62,974 bases of DNA from Faecousia sp. (GTDB taxonomy: Bacteria; Bacillota; Clostridia; Oscillospirales; Oscillospiraceae): the NCBI GenBank assembly GCA_045628895.1, contig JAZQQD010000135.1, positions 1-62,974 of the forward strand, in the 5' to 3' direction. The first letter of the stretch is position 1. Every line of letters begins with the position of its first letter. The position numbers and the translations under genes were made by a program. This document shows, one piece after another, positions 19,807 to 28,688 of the stretch. Below the pieces are notes generated by a model. The model was not told the origin of the DNA and made no database searches. It worked only from the letters and a program-made list of their open reading frames with translations.

Positions 19807-20652
19807 ATGGCTTATGAATTTAACCTGATGCGCAGCCTGATTTATGTTGGCCTCGCAAAGGAAGAGTACCGCCATCGTCTGGAAGAGTGGCTGTACAAGT
19901 ACCATGTACCCGAAAGCATCAGCAAGTTTGTTCCTTACTGCAACAAGTACGCTTTCTACCAGTGCTATCCCACGCCCCCCGAAGGTGATCGCTTCGGTCA
20001 CCGCAAAATGCAGCTGACAGAGCATTACTGGCTGGTTGACGAGCATATGCCCGAGATGGCAAACAACATCTACAACGAGTATATGCCTATGGATGTGCTT
20101 CGCTGGCAGGGCTGCATTCCCGATGTGGAATCCGATGCAACCCATGCAAACGCAGCCACCGGCGATGCCGGCCGTGCTGTAGGCGGCGGCGAGTATCCTC
20201 CCTTCATCTTCACCTTTATTCCCATCAACTGGGAAGAGGATTTCAAGGGTGCAGGCCGCACTCCCGAGGATGGTCCCAATTACCGCTGGCAGTTCCTGAT
20301 CCAGTATCCCGCGGGTGTCAGCAAGGAAGACGGCGAACGCTGGTTCTATGAGCAGGTCGTTCCCTATTTCCAGAATTGCAAGTATGTTAACCGCTTTGTT
20401 TCCAGCAAGGTCAAGGTAAATTACGGCGCTCCCAGTGCACAGTTTGACCGGGTCTGCGAGCTGTGGTTTGAAGGTCCCGAAGAGTGGTACAAGGCTGCCG
20501 TAGAGGAAGTCACCATCGCAAAGCCCGAATGGGCCGAGCAGGAGAAGTTCCCCTATCTGAAGCCTCAGTTCAACATTGCCTCCATCTTTGTTGGCGACCG
20601 TACCACCAGCGACAACCTGTCTCAGTACCGCGGTTATATTACCATGCGCTGA
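19807..20652 (+). CDS. chi: Bacterial chalcone isomerase (Eubacterium ramulus type)
   Basis: MRSLIYV, W-YK-H-P (His33), GDRFG, QLTEH-WLV, MDVL-WQG, GRT-EDG-NYR and C-terminal YRGYITMR match my recollection of E. ramulus CHI. Confidence 0.85.
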   Translation: MAYEFNLMRSLIYVGLAKEEYRHRLEEWLYKYHVPESISKFVPYCNKYAFYQCYPTPPEGDRFGHRKMQLTEHYWLVDEHMPEMANNIYNEYMPMDVLRWQGCIPDVESDATHANAATGDAGRAVGGGEYPPFIFTFIPINWEEDFKGAGRTPEDGPNYRWQFLIQYPAGVSKEDGERWFYEQVVPYFQNCKYVNRFVSSKVKVNYGAPSAQFDRVCELWFEGPEEWYKAAVEEVTIAKPEWAEQEKFPYLKPQFNIASIFVGDRTTSDNLSQYRGYITMR

Positions 20653-20681
20653 TTGCGCTTTTCAGAAAGGATTGCTGAATA

Positions 20682-21155
20682 ATGAAGCCTACTGCAAAAA
20701 TGATCATCACCCAGAACCTGGTGTTCAATGCTCCCTTTGCATTTATCATGGTTTTGGTTTCCACCCTGCTGAACGGTGCTCCTCTGGTGAGCATGATCCC
20801 CATGTTCTTTATTGCTCTGGTTATCTGCGAGATTCTCGGTGCTGTGATCCCCGTGCAGAAGATCGCCGGTGCTGTCGGCGGTAAGGTAGCTCCCGGCAAG
20901 AACCCCATGGCATTTCCTCAGTTCTTTGCTGTTGCTGCCGTTCTGACTGTAATTTTCACCGTGCTGATGGTTCTGGCAATGACCTTCATCGGCATGAAGA
21001 TTGACGGTGCTCCTATGAGCGAGTACGTAAATTCCTGCCTGCATGTGTTCCTGCCTCTGCTGGCAACCGCATACGGCTGCGTATTGGTGTTCCTGCCCCT
21101 GTCCATGGCTGTTTCCGGCCTCGGCAAGCTGGCTGCTCAGGCATCTAAGCAGTAA
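20682..21155 (+). CDS. Hypothetical membrane protein (about 4 TM)
   Basis: Hydrophobic 157-aa ORF with RBS, co-oriented directly after chi. Confidence 0.7.
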   Translation: MKPTAKMIITQNLVFNAPFAFIMVLVSTLLNGAPLVSMIPMFFIALVICEILGAVIPVQKIAGAVGGKVAPGKNPMAFPQFFAVAAVLTVIFTVLMVLAMTFIGMKIDGAPMSEYVNSCLHVFLPLLATAYGCVLVFLPLSMAVSGLGKLAAQASKQ

Positions 21156-21235
21156 AAGTCGATCTTCATCTCCTTTTTACCTTTCCTTTACGCCCCCATC
21201 GCAAGATGGGGGCAATCTCTCAATTTAGGACGCAT

Positions 21236-21721
21236 ATGAAGAATTTAAACCGAAAAAATATGACGCTGGCCTTTTGCATTGCGTTGTTTCCACCCATCTG
21301 GGCTGTTCTTGCTCCCGTTTTGGGAGTGCAGACCGGCGCAGTAGCCTTGATTTGTGCAGGTGTATACGCCGCTGCAGGAAATCCCCGAAAGCTGGCGATT
21401 CCCATGTCACTCGGTTTTCTGGCCGGAGATGTTTGGGCAATCATAGCTCTGCAGATGATGTCTGCTCTGCCGCTGCCGGGTAGTATTCCTCTATTTGTCA
21501 CTCTGTTTTTCATGGGCGGTGCCGCGGTGCTTTTGTCCTCCATGGTACCGAAGCTGTTTTATACCCCCGCATGGCTTTGCGGCTGGGCGATTGGATTGAC
21601 GATTCTCACTCCGGATACGGCTTTGACTACGGTTCCCCTTCAGATCGGCGCTGCCATGCTGGCCGGTGTCTGGTATGTGGGTGTTGCCGTAGATTGGATC
21701 CATAGTAAAATCCGAGGCTGA
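21236..21721 (+). CDS. Membrane protein, DUF1097-like
   Basis: Hydrophobic; LFPPIWA, GAVALICAG-Y, PAWLCGWAIGL motifs. Confidence 0.6.
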   Translation: MKNLNRKNMTLAFCIALFPPIWAVLAPVLGVQTGAVALICAGVYAAAGNPRKLAIPMSLGFLAGDVWAIIALQMMSALPLPGSIPLFVTLFFMGGAAVLLSSMVPKLFYTPAWLCGWAIGLTILTPDTALTTVPLQIGAAMLAGVWYVGVAVDWIHSKIRG

Positions 21722-21732
21722 TTGGGAAAGAA

Positions 21733-21995
21733 AAGGACTGTTTTTTCCATGTTCTGTGTCCAAAACAGTTCGCGCAGTGACACACGCAAATGCATAAGAT
21801 GACAGCATTCTTTCTTAGTATCGTATCATCGATAAGCAATGCCTTTCGCAATGATCGATTCCCCCAGCATAAACCAGGGCAGTCCTGCTGAATTTCGGCA
21901 GGACTGCCCTGGTTTTCACTTTATAAACGCTGCTGCAAATTGATGTATGCCGCATCTTACTCTTTCTACCGGTGACAAAATGATCAGCAGCGGGG
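21733..21995 (-). repeat. Repeat copy C: orphan thioesterase 3' end, spacer, hairpin and abrB 3' end
   Basis: Plus strand FFSMFCVQNSSRS-like remnant; hairpin at 21871-21914; minus strand PLLIILSPVERVRCGIHQFAAAFIK*. Confidence 0.88.
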
Positions 21996-22023
21996 CTTCG
22001 TTTATCGCCTTTGTTATTTTATC

Positions 22024-22635
22024 TTACGAAATGCTATCATCCGGCTGCTGGCCGTCATGTGCCAGCCACTTGCACTCCGTCACATCCATCTGGGTAAAGG
22101 TTGCCTTGAAGGAAGAATCCTCCGGGCTGCAAGCATAGATACCGAAAGAAATCTCGCCGGTTGCTTCCCACATATGGCATACCCGCATCTGGGAAAAGTG
22201 TTCCCCATCGGTGCTGCACTCAATGCAGAAATCATCCTCCCGGCGGCTCAAGCGATACCACATAGATTTGATATTAGCATCGATGGCGGTAGTTGCCCAA
22301 TCCGAGTAGCCATGGTTGGTTACCACGCTGCCAAGATGCTGAAATGTATCATTTTCGTACTCGATGGATGCTTTCAGCCAGTTATCGCTGTTCAGATACA
22401 TGACCACGCCGCACTGATCAAAGCGGTGTTTGCTGTCAAATTCTGTCTTTACGACAAAGGAAAAGAATTTTTCCTCTGTGGTCATTTGAAGAACCGGGGC
22501 ATTGTCATTGCGGAAATGGTAATAGGTTCGCTGCCAAAGATCCGTTTGGGGAGCAGTCACGATCTCAATTTTTTCGCCGTCCATAAAAAACGCCCTGGGC
22601 TCCCTTGTCCATTTCAATGCTTCCGTTTTAAACAT
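22024..22635 (-). CDS. DUF1349-family (ConA-like fold) protein
   Basis: TDLWQRTYYHFRNDNAP, FDQCG, W-KASIE, SVVTN-GYSDW, GIYACSP motifs; start after GGAGG. Confidence 0.85.
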   Translation of the reverse strand: MFKTEALKWTREPRAFFMDGEKIEIVTAPQTDLWQRTYYHFRNDNAPVLQMTTEEKFFSFVVKTEFDSKHRFDQCGVVMYLNSDNWLKASIEYENDTFQHLGSVVTNHGYSDWATTAIDANIKSMWYRLSRREDDFCIECSTDGEHFSQMRVCHMWEATGEISFGIYACSPEDSSFKATFTQMDVTECKWLAHDGQQPDDSIS

Positions 22636-22730
22636 ATCCAAAACCTCCGTATCTCTTTTACACCATAATATCACAGGTAACTAAAAAAACACAGGGTAAA
22701 TTTCAAAAATACCCTGTGTTTTTTGATTCA

Positions 22731-24209
22731 TTATACTTCCAGATCGTACTTTTCTACATCCACCAGAACAGTGCCATCGCAGGAGAAGTTAATAGACTTG
22801 GCATCCAACGGAGTATAAATGACATTGGATGCTGCCTGCTCGCCGTCGTTGACGAAAACTTCCACACTGTAACGATCCATGATGATCCGCAGCTTCAGTT
22901 CCCCGTTCTTCACACACACAGGGAATTCACGAACATTGACGATATCACAGGGCAGGCCGCTCTGGGTACGGTCAATGCGGAGGATGCTTGTGGAGGGCTT
23001 GAAGCGAATGGAGGTCATGTGCTCACCGTCACGGGCAAGGTTAATCTTGAACCAGCGGTACATGGATGCCTCGTTGCCGGGACGAATGGTCACCGTCATA
23101 TCGATGAATCTGCCGGAAATGCCCTGCAGACTGGTGTCACCGGTCATCATGACATTCTTATAGGAGATCTTCTGGGTACGGAAATTCTCAATTTCCCGCA
23201 CCGGATTCTGGCAGAGTCTGCCGTTGCGGATGGAAAGCTCTCTGGGCAGGGTCATCTGTCCCATGAAACGCAGGTCACCGGGACGGCTGCCGGAGGTCTC
23301 CCAGTTCTGCATCCAAGCGATCATGACCCGGCGGCCGTCATAGGTCTTAAGGGTCTGCATAGCATAAAAGTCCAGGCCGTAGTCCACCGCCTGCACATTG
23401 TCCCGGAGCATATGCTGTGTCTCGTCCAGGTCGCCGATAATGGCGATATTGGCATTGCCGGGATGGAATTCCAGGCCCACGGATTTCATTTCCTGGGGGC
23501 TGGTCAGCAGTACATGCTTGCCGTCCAGTTCAAACAGGTCGGGGCATTCCCACATTTTGCCGTACTGGTTATGGCAGGAGGCCACCTTATTCACAAACTC
23601 CCAATGAATGGCGTCCTCGCTCTTGTACAGCAGGATAGAGCCGCTCTTATCCGCAGTGCGGTTTCCCAGCACCACATAGTACATGCCGTCCTCCCGCCAG
23701 ATATGGGGATCCCGGAAATCATGGACGCTGCCGCCCTCGGGGAGCTGGTCGCCGGTAATGACAGGGTTACCCTCGTACTTCTCGTAATTCACGCCGTCAC
23801 CGATGGCAATGCACTGGGTCTGATAGGCTTCCACCTTGCCGTTGGCTCTGCGGACACAGCGCTGACCGGTATACATGAGCAGGTGCTTGCCATCCGGAGT
23901 CTCTACGGCACCACCGGACCAGACGCCGTCCTTATCGCAATCGGTATCCGGGGCAAGTGCGGCGGGAAGCTGCTCCCAATGGATGAAATCCTTTGTTTTT
24001 GCATGACCCCAATGCATGGGACCCCACTTGGTGTCATAGGGGTAGTACTGATAAAACAGGTGATATTCCCCGTTAAAAGGAGCAAAACCATTGGGATCGT
24101 TGATCCAGCCGATACCGCCGGTCACGTGGAAAGCGGGCAATTCCTCTGCCACATAGGGCATATATTTCTTTTCAAAATCACGGGCACGCTGTAATTTTTT
24201 ACTGTTCAT
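22731..24209 (-). CDS. GH32 beta-fructofuranosidase (cytoplasmic)
   Basis: WINDPNG, WSG, FRDP, WECPD catalytic motifs. Confidence 0.95.
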   Translation of the reverse strand: MNSKKLQRARDFEKKYMPYVAEELPAFHVTGGIGWINDPNGFAPFNGEYHLFYQYYPYDTKWGPMHWGHAKTKDFIHWEQLPAALAPDTDCDKDGVWSGGAVETPDGKHLLMYTGQRCVRRANGKVEAYQTQCIAIGDGVNYEKYEGNPVITGDQLPEGGSVHDFRDPHIWREDGMYYVVLGNRTADKSGSILLYKSEDAIHWEFVNKVASCHNQYGKMWECPDLFELDGKHVLLTSPQEMKSVGLEFHPGNANIAIIGDLDETQHMLRDNVQAVDYGLDFYAMQTLKTYDGRRVMIAWMQNWETSGSRPGDLRFMGQMTLPRELSIRNGRLCQNPVREIENFRTQKISYKNVMMTGDTSLQGISGRFIDMTVTIRPGNEASMYRWFKINLARDGEHMTSIRFKPSTSILRIDRTQSGLPCDIVNVREFPVCVKNGELKLRIIMDRYSVEVFVNDGEQAASNVIYTPLDAKSINFSCDGTVLVDVEKYDLEV

Positions 24210-24328
24210 ATAAATACTCCTTTGTGCGAATACGCAGAAAGATACGCTCTCAGTAAGAGCGCATCTTTCTGCCCATCGCCGGAAGTTCCGGCGATGGGTT
24301 AATGGAAGGGAATAGATGTTAGATCATT

Positions 24329-24961
24329 TTACTCGCCGTTTTGAACCTTTTCGATATCCTCCGGGTGCATGTGCTTCATATACACATTTTCCATGGGGAA
24401 GCTGATTGCAAGACAAATCGCTGCCGGCAGGAACAGAGTGAGGAAAGGCACCATAAGCGCCATAGCAAAACCCAGAACCAGGAATGCCATAATCATAGCA
24501 GTCATGAGGGGATGGGACAACACCAGGAACAGGCACAGCCACAAAGTTTCCTTCAAGCTGCCCTCAAAACGGACACAATAGGAGGTGCAGTAGGCCGCCC
24601 AAACGGAGGCCACACCAACCAGCAGCATGCAAATGCCGTAAAGCTTTGCCAGGCCCTGTGCGGCATAACCCCGGAGGATGACCAGATCCGCAATCAGGAA
24701 GATATACACGGCCAGAATGGGAAGCCAGGTCACAATACCCACCTTCAAATTCTTCCGGTAGGTTTGCCAGAACACCTTGAGGGGATACCCTTCGTCCCTG
24801 CGCAGGCAGCGGTATACCGCGCGGTACAGGGCGCCGCAGGAGGTTCCGATGGTCACGATGGGCAGGCACCCGGAGATCCAGCAAAGGCTCAGCAGGATGC
24901 AGTCAAATATCTTGCCAAGGCCATTCATGAGACCGCCGTCTAAATCAAACAGGCCGCGCAT
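24329..24961 (-). CDS. YesL/DUF624-family membrane protein
   Basis: LPIVTIG-S-ALY...FW-YRKNLK pattern typical of sugar-ABC loci. Confidence 0.8.
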   Translation of the reverse strand: MRGLFDLDGGLMNGLGKIFDCILLSLCWISGCLPIVTIGTSCGALYRAVYRCLRRDEGYPLKVFWQTYRKNLKVGIVTWLPILAVYIFLIADLVILRGYAAQGLAKLYGICMLLVGVASVWAAYCTSYCVRFEGSLKETLWLCLFLVLSHPLMTAMIMAFLVLGFAMALMVPFLTLFLPAAICLAISFPMENVYMKHMHPEDIEKVQNGE

Positions 24962-24977
24962 AATCCATTCCTCCGAA

Positions 24978-26717
24978 TCAGTTCATGGTGTACTCTCTCA
25001 GGCAGGAGAACACCACATTGTTATTTTCCGCGAACAGGCGGATGGGCTTACCGGTGATACCGTAAATACGGACAGTCAGCGCAGCCATTCCGTCGATATA
25101 GAATACGCCAACAGAGCCTTCCTGAACATAGGTGAAGGAATAATCCTTGTTCTTTTCCAGATTCACAGCCATTTCGGTGATCTCAGAGCTGCCTTCGTTG
25201 AAGGACAGAGAGATCCGACCGGCCTTGGGATCGATGGAAATGAGCTTATAGTTCTCAGGAGTCTTGCTGTAGTCAAAGGCAAGACCGAAGGAGCCGTCCC
25301 CAGTGAAACGGAACTCGCCGGTGAGCATATAGCGCTCATAGGAAGTAAACACATCGGTATAGGCATAGCGAGAACCTGCCTCGATGGCAGTTGCGGTTCC
25401 CTCGATGAGCAGCTCACGGCGGGCACTCATCGCTTCCCGAACAGAATCGATGGGAGCCAGAGCCAGGGTACCATCGGGATTCTGAACCAGCTGCTGGCAC
25501 TCCATGTTGCCGCCCCATGCGGAAACTTCCTGGGTAGAGGAAGGAGATTCGCTGCGGCGAGCCCAGCCGACCATATAATTATTGGTACCATCGGAAACCT
25601 GCTTTGCAGCGTAGAACAGCTTGCCCTCCAGACGGACAGGCTCGGTGTACTCGCCAAAGCGGCTGTCGGACATGGCATACCACAGAGTATCGTCCTGACC
25701 GGAGTAAGTCACATACCAGGTATCGCCGATCTGGAAGCAGTCGCTGCACTCCAGATTCCAGAACTTGCCGGTGGGATCGGAGAGGAGGATGCCCTCATAC
25801 TTCACATTGGTGAGATCGGGATCCATGGTGTACTTCAGGATACGAGCAACGCCGTCCTTAGCAGCGGTAACGGTCATATAAATCTTGCCGGATTCCGCAT
25901 CATAATATGCCTGAGGATCACGGAAATCACGCTTCTGTCCGATTTCCTTGGGAGGAATCATCTCCCAGTCCTCCACCTTCTCGAAGTGGTAGAGATCGTC
26001 GCCCACAGCCAGCATGATCTTTTCCATGTACTCATAGGATTCGCTGGGAGCATGGCCGGTGTAGAAGAAGTAGTACTTATCCTCTACCTTCACGATGTTG
26101 CCGGTACCTGCCCAACTATCCTGTCCGCCGCTGCGGGAGGACTCGATGATGGGATCATCGATCTCGGTAAAGGTGAGGAAATCAGTGGTAGTAGTCAGAT
26201 AAATGGAGTGGTTATAGGAATCTCCGCCCTCTTTCAGATAGTAGAGGTAGAAAACACCGTCCTCATAGTAGGGCATGGGGTCGCCAACAAAAGGCTGGTT
26301 GATGCCATCCACAGCGGGAAGGAAATTCAGATTGTAATCATATGCTTCTTCCTGACTGCCCGGTGTCTTCATTTTTGAAAAGTCCTTATCCGTAATATTC
26401 TGCGCAAAGGGTTCTGCAACGCCTTTTTCCCAGATAGCGTGCAGAGTGCCGTCTGCGGTAACCTTATCGGCAGCAAAGTCCCATGCGGTGCCGCTTTCCA
26501 GGCCCGCGTACCAGCCGGCAAATACATAGCCTTCCCGTGTGGGATCCGCAGGGGCCTCCAGCTTTTTTCCGGAGGAAACCGTCTGTGCGGGGATCTCGGA
26601 TGCCCCGACGAAATTCGGGTCAAAGGAAACGGTGTACTTTTTGCCCAGCTCGCAGCCGGTGAGGGTAGCAAGCAGGAGTACCGTTACAGCAAATAAAACA
26701 AGGATTCTTTTTTTCAT
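24978..26717 (-). CDS. Surface lipoprotein GH32-like fructanase (endo-levanase-like) with an InlB-B/Flg_new repeat
   Basis: Lipobox LTGC; repeat PTREGYVFAGWY...LHAIW; catalytic-type GDPMPYY, FRDP, LECSD. Confidence 0.8.
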   Translation of the reverse strand: MKKRILVLFAVTVLLLATLTGCELGKKYTVSFDPNFVGASEIPAQTVSSGKKLEAPADPTREGYVFAGWYAGLESGTAWDFAADKVTADGTLHAIWEKGVAEPFAQNITDKDFSKMKTPGSQEEAYDYNLNFLPAVDGINQPFVGDPMPYYEDGVFYLYYLKEGGDSYNHSIYLTTTTDFLTFTEIDDPIIESSRSGGQDSWAGTGNIVKVEDKYYFFYTGHAPSESYEYMEKIMLAVGDDLYHFEKVEDWEMIPPKEIGQKRDFRDPQAYYDAESGKIYMTVTAAKDGVARILKYTMDPDLTNVKYEGILLSDPTGKFWNLECSDCFQIGDTWYVTYSGQDDTLWYAMSDSRFGEYTEPVRLEGKLFYAAKQVSDGTNNYMVGWARRSESPSSTQEVSAWGGNMECQQLVQNPDGTLALAPIDSVREAMSARRELLIEGTATAIEAGSRYAYTDVFTSYERYMLTGEFRFTGDGSFGLAFDYSKTPENYKLISIDPKAGRISLSFNEGSSEITEMAVNLEKNKDYSFTYVQEGSVGVFYIDGMAALTVRIYGITGKPIRLFAENNNVVFSCLREYTMN

Positions 26718-26857
26718 AAGTCCTCCCGATTTTAAGAAATGGTAAGTTGAAAGTTGAAAATGGAAAGCATATACAATTCCCTTTTCATTTTTCCACTTTC
26801 AACCATCAACTATGGAAGTTAGGGGGATGTTGCCATCCCCCTTAGGTTCGTGTGAAA

Positions 26858-28672
26858 TTACATCACGCTTCTCTGATAGATGATGATGCTATCGATCTCG
26901 ATGGTGACCTCGCCCAGCTGTGCAGTAGCATCGGAGCCAAACTGGAACAGCAGCTCAAAGTCCATATCGGTGATCAGAGTATCGGTGGTCTCGTAAGTGA
27001 AGGTCTGGTACTCGGTGGTCAGATCCATGCCCTCGGAGAATCTGGGATCCCAGCCGCCGCAGGGGTTCAGGAACACGCCGCAGGAAACGTTCTTGGTTGC
27101 CTTTGCCACGATCTCCACGGTGAAGTAGCTGTCAGCAGGCAGGGTCAGAGGAGTCTCGCCATAGCCCATGATCAGCTTGTTGTGCCAGTCAACAGTGCCG
27201 CCGTTGTCGATACGGTAGCAGAAGTTGCCGTTCTCCTGATAGATAGTACCAACGCCGCGCTCGTTCTCCTCATCAGTACCGTTGAAGGTGGTGATGATGT
27301 ATGCGGGGTTACCCTCGTTTGCAGAGCCTGCGCCGACAGATGCGAAGCGATAGGTAGTCTTGTTGGTCTCCTTGTCGCCCTCAACTACGCCGAACTCAAC
27401 GTCGGAGAAGGTCAGGGTGTTGGAGGTAACACCTTCGGAGGGGTTGCCGATCTGCATACGGATGACGGGATCGGAAACGCTCTTCTCAGCGGTGAACACA
27501 ACGTAAACGGTGTTCTCACCGGCATTCAGAGACAGACCAGCGAAGTTAGCACGAGCCTCGTGGAACAGAGTCTCGGACTCCAGCAGGCACTCGCCGCCCT
27601 GTGCGTTCTCAGCATTGACCTTGAAGGAGTAGTAGTACTTGGTGCCCTCTTCGATCTCGGTTCCTACAGGCAGAGTAGCCTTGATGGACCACACGCCGCC
27701 GTCGGTGGGATAGGAGGAGATGGTCACGACATTGCCGTCAGCAGAAGCCTCAGCGCCGTCGCCGGCCTCAGCAGCCAGGCCCTCAGCGTTTGCGGAGGTG
27801 GAAACAGGAGTATTGTACTCTTCGCCGGTGATCTCATAGATCTCGATCTTGTCGACGGTCACGGTGAAGTTCTCAGGAGTGGTGTCCTCTGCGTTGTCGG
27901 GGTTGGGGGTGATCTTACCCATGTTCATCATGAGCTCAGTGGTGCCCTCTTCGCCGCAGGAGAAGTTCAGGGTCAGAGGAGCGATCTCCTGACCGATGCG
28001 GACATTCCAGGTGTCGCCGTAGGTGGCCCAGCCCTCAGCGCCCTCGTTGCGGGCGATGATGTGGCAGTAGGTATCAGCAGTGGACTTAGCCCAGATTTTC
28101 ACGACATAGTCAGCCTTCTTGACTTCCATGCCAGCCAGCTTCAGCTGGACAGCGCCGTCGCCGTCGCCGGGGTTAGCAATGTCGAATACGAAAGCGCCCT
28201 GCTTCAGCTCGGCAGTACCGGTTGCGGATTCGCCGATGAAGCCTTCCCAGCCCTGAGCATCAGCAGTAGTGGTTTCGTCGAAGTCGAACTGAGCAAAAAC
28301 AACAGCCTCGCCGGTCTGCTTTGCAACAGTCAGAGTTGCGTAAGCTTCGGAGGTAGCACCGGCTGCGTCGGTAACAGTGTAAACAAGCTCATAGCTGCCT
28401 GCGGTTGCGGGAGTAGCCTTACCATTCTTGAAATCCAGAGTGGGGGTTGCTTCCACAGTAATCTTTGCGGACAGGTCGCCGTCTTCCTTATCGGAAGCGG
28501 AAACGCCTGCAAAAGCATCAAATTCAGAACCGGCCTCAACGAAGCCATCCTGCACGCCGGTGATCACCGGCTTTTCATTATTGCCGCTGGGAGCAGCGGG
28601 AGTCTTGCCGCCGCAAGCTGCCAGAGACAGAGTCATGACAGCGACCAGCAGCAGGGCAATCAGTTTCTTCAT
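26858..28672 (-). CDS. Acidic surface lipoprotein with Ig-like and putative carbohydrate-binding domains
   Basis: Lipobox LAAC; Ig-like GVSASDKEDGDLS...YTVTD; several Trp-containing beta-rich repeats; no catalytic motif recognised. Confidence 0.65.
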   Translation of the reverse strand: MKKLIALLLVAVMTLSLAACGGKTPAAPSGNNEKPVITGVQDGFVEAGSEFDAFAGVSASDKEDGDLSAKITVEATPTLDFKNGKATPATAGSYELVYTVTDAAGATSEAYATLTVAKQTGEAVVFAQFDFDETTTADAQGWEGFIGESATGTAELKQGAFVFDIANPGDGDGAVQLKLAGMEVKKADYVVKIWAKSTADTYCHIIARNEGAEGWATYGDTWNVRIGQEIAPLTLNFSCGEEGTTELMMNMGKITPNPDNAEDTTPENFTVTVDKIEIYEITGEEYNTPVSTSANAEGLAAEAGDGAEASADGNVVTISSYPTDGGVWSIKATLPVGTEIEEGTKYYYSFKVNAENAQGGECLLESETLFHEARANFAGLSLNAGENTVYVVFTAEKSVSDPVIRMQIGNPSEGVTSNTLTFSDVEFGVVEGDKETNKTTYRFASVGAGSANEGNPAYIITTFNGTDEENERGVGTIYQENGNFCYRIDNGGTVDWHNKLIMGYGETPLTLPADSYFTVEIVAKATKNVSCGVFLNPCGGWDPRFSEGMDLTTEYQTFTYETTDTLITDMDFELLFQFGSDATAQLGEVTIEIDSIIIYQRSVM

Positions 28673-28688
28673 AGTTTTTCTCCTTTAA

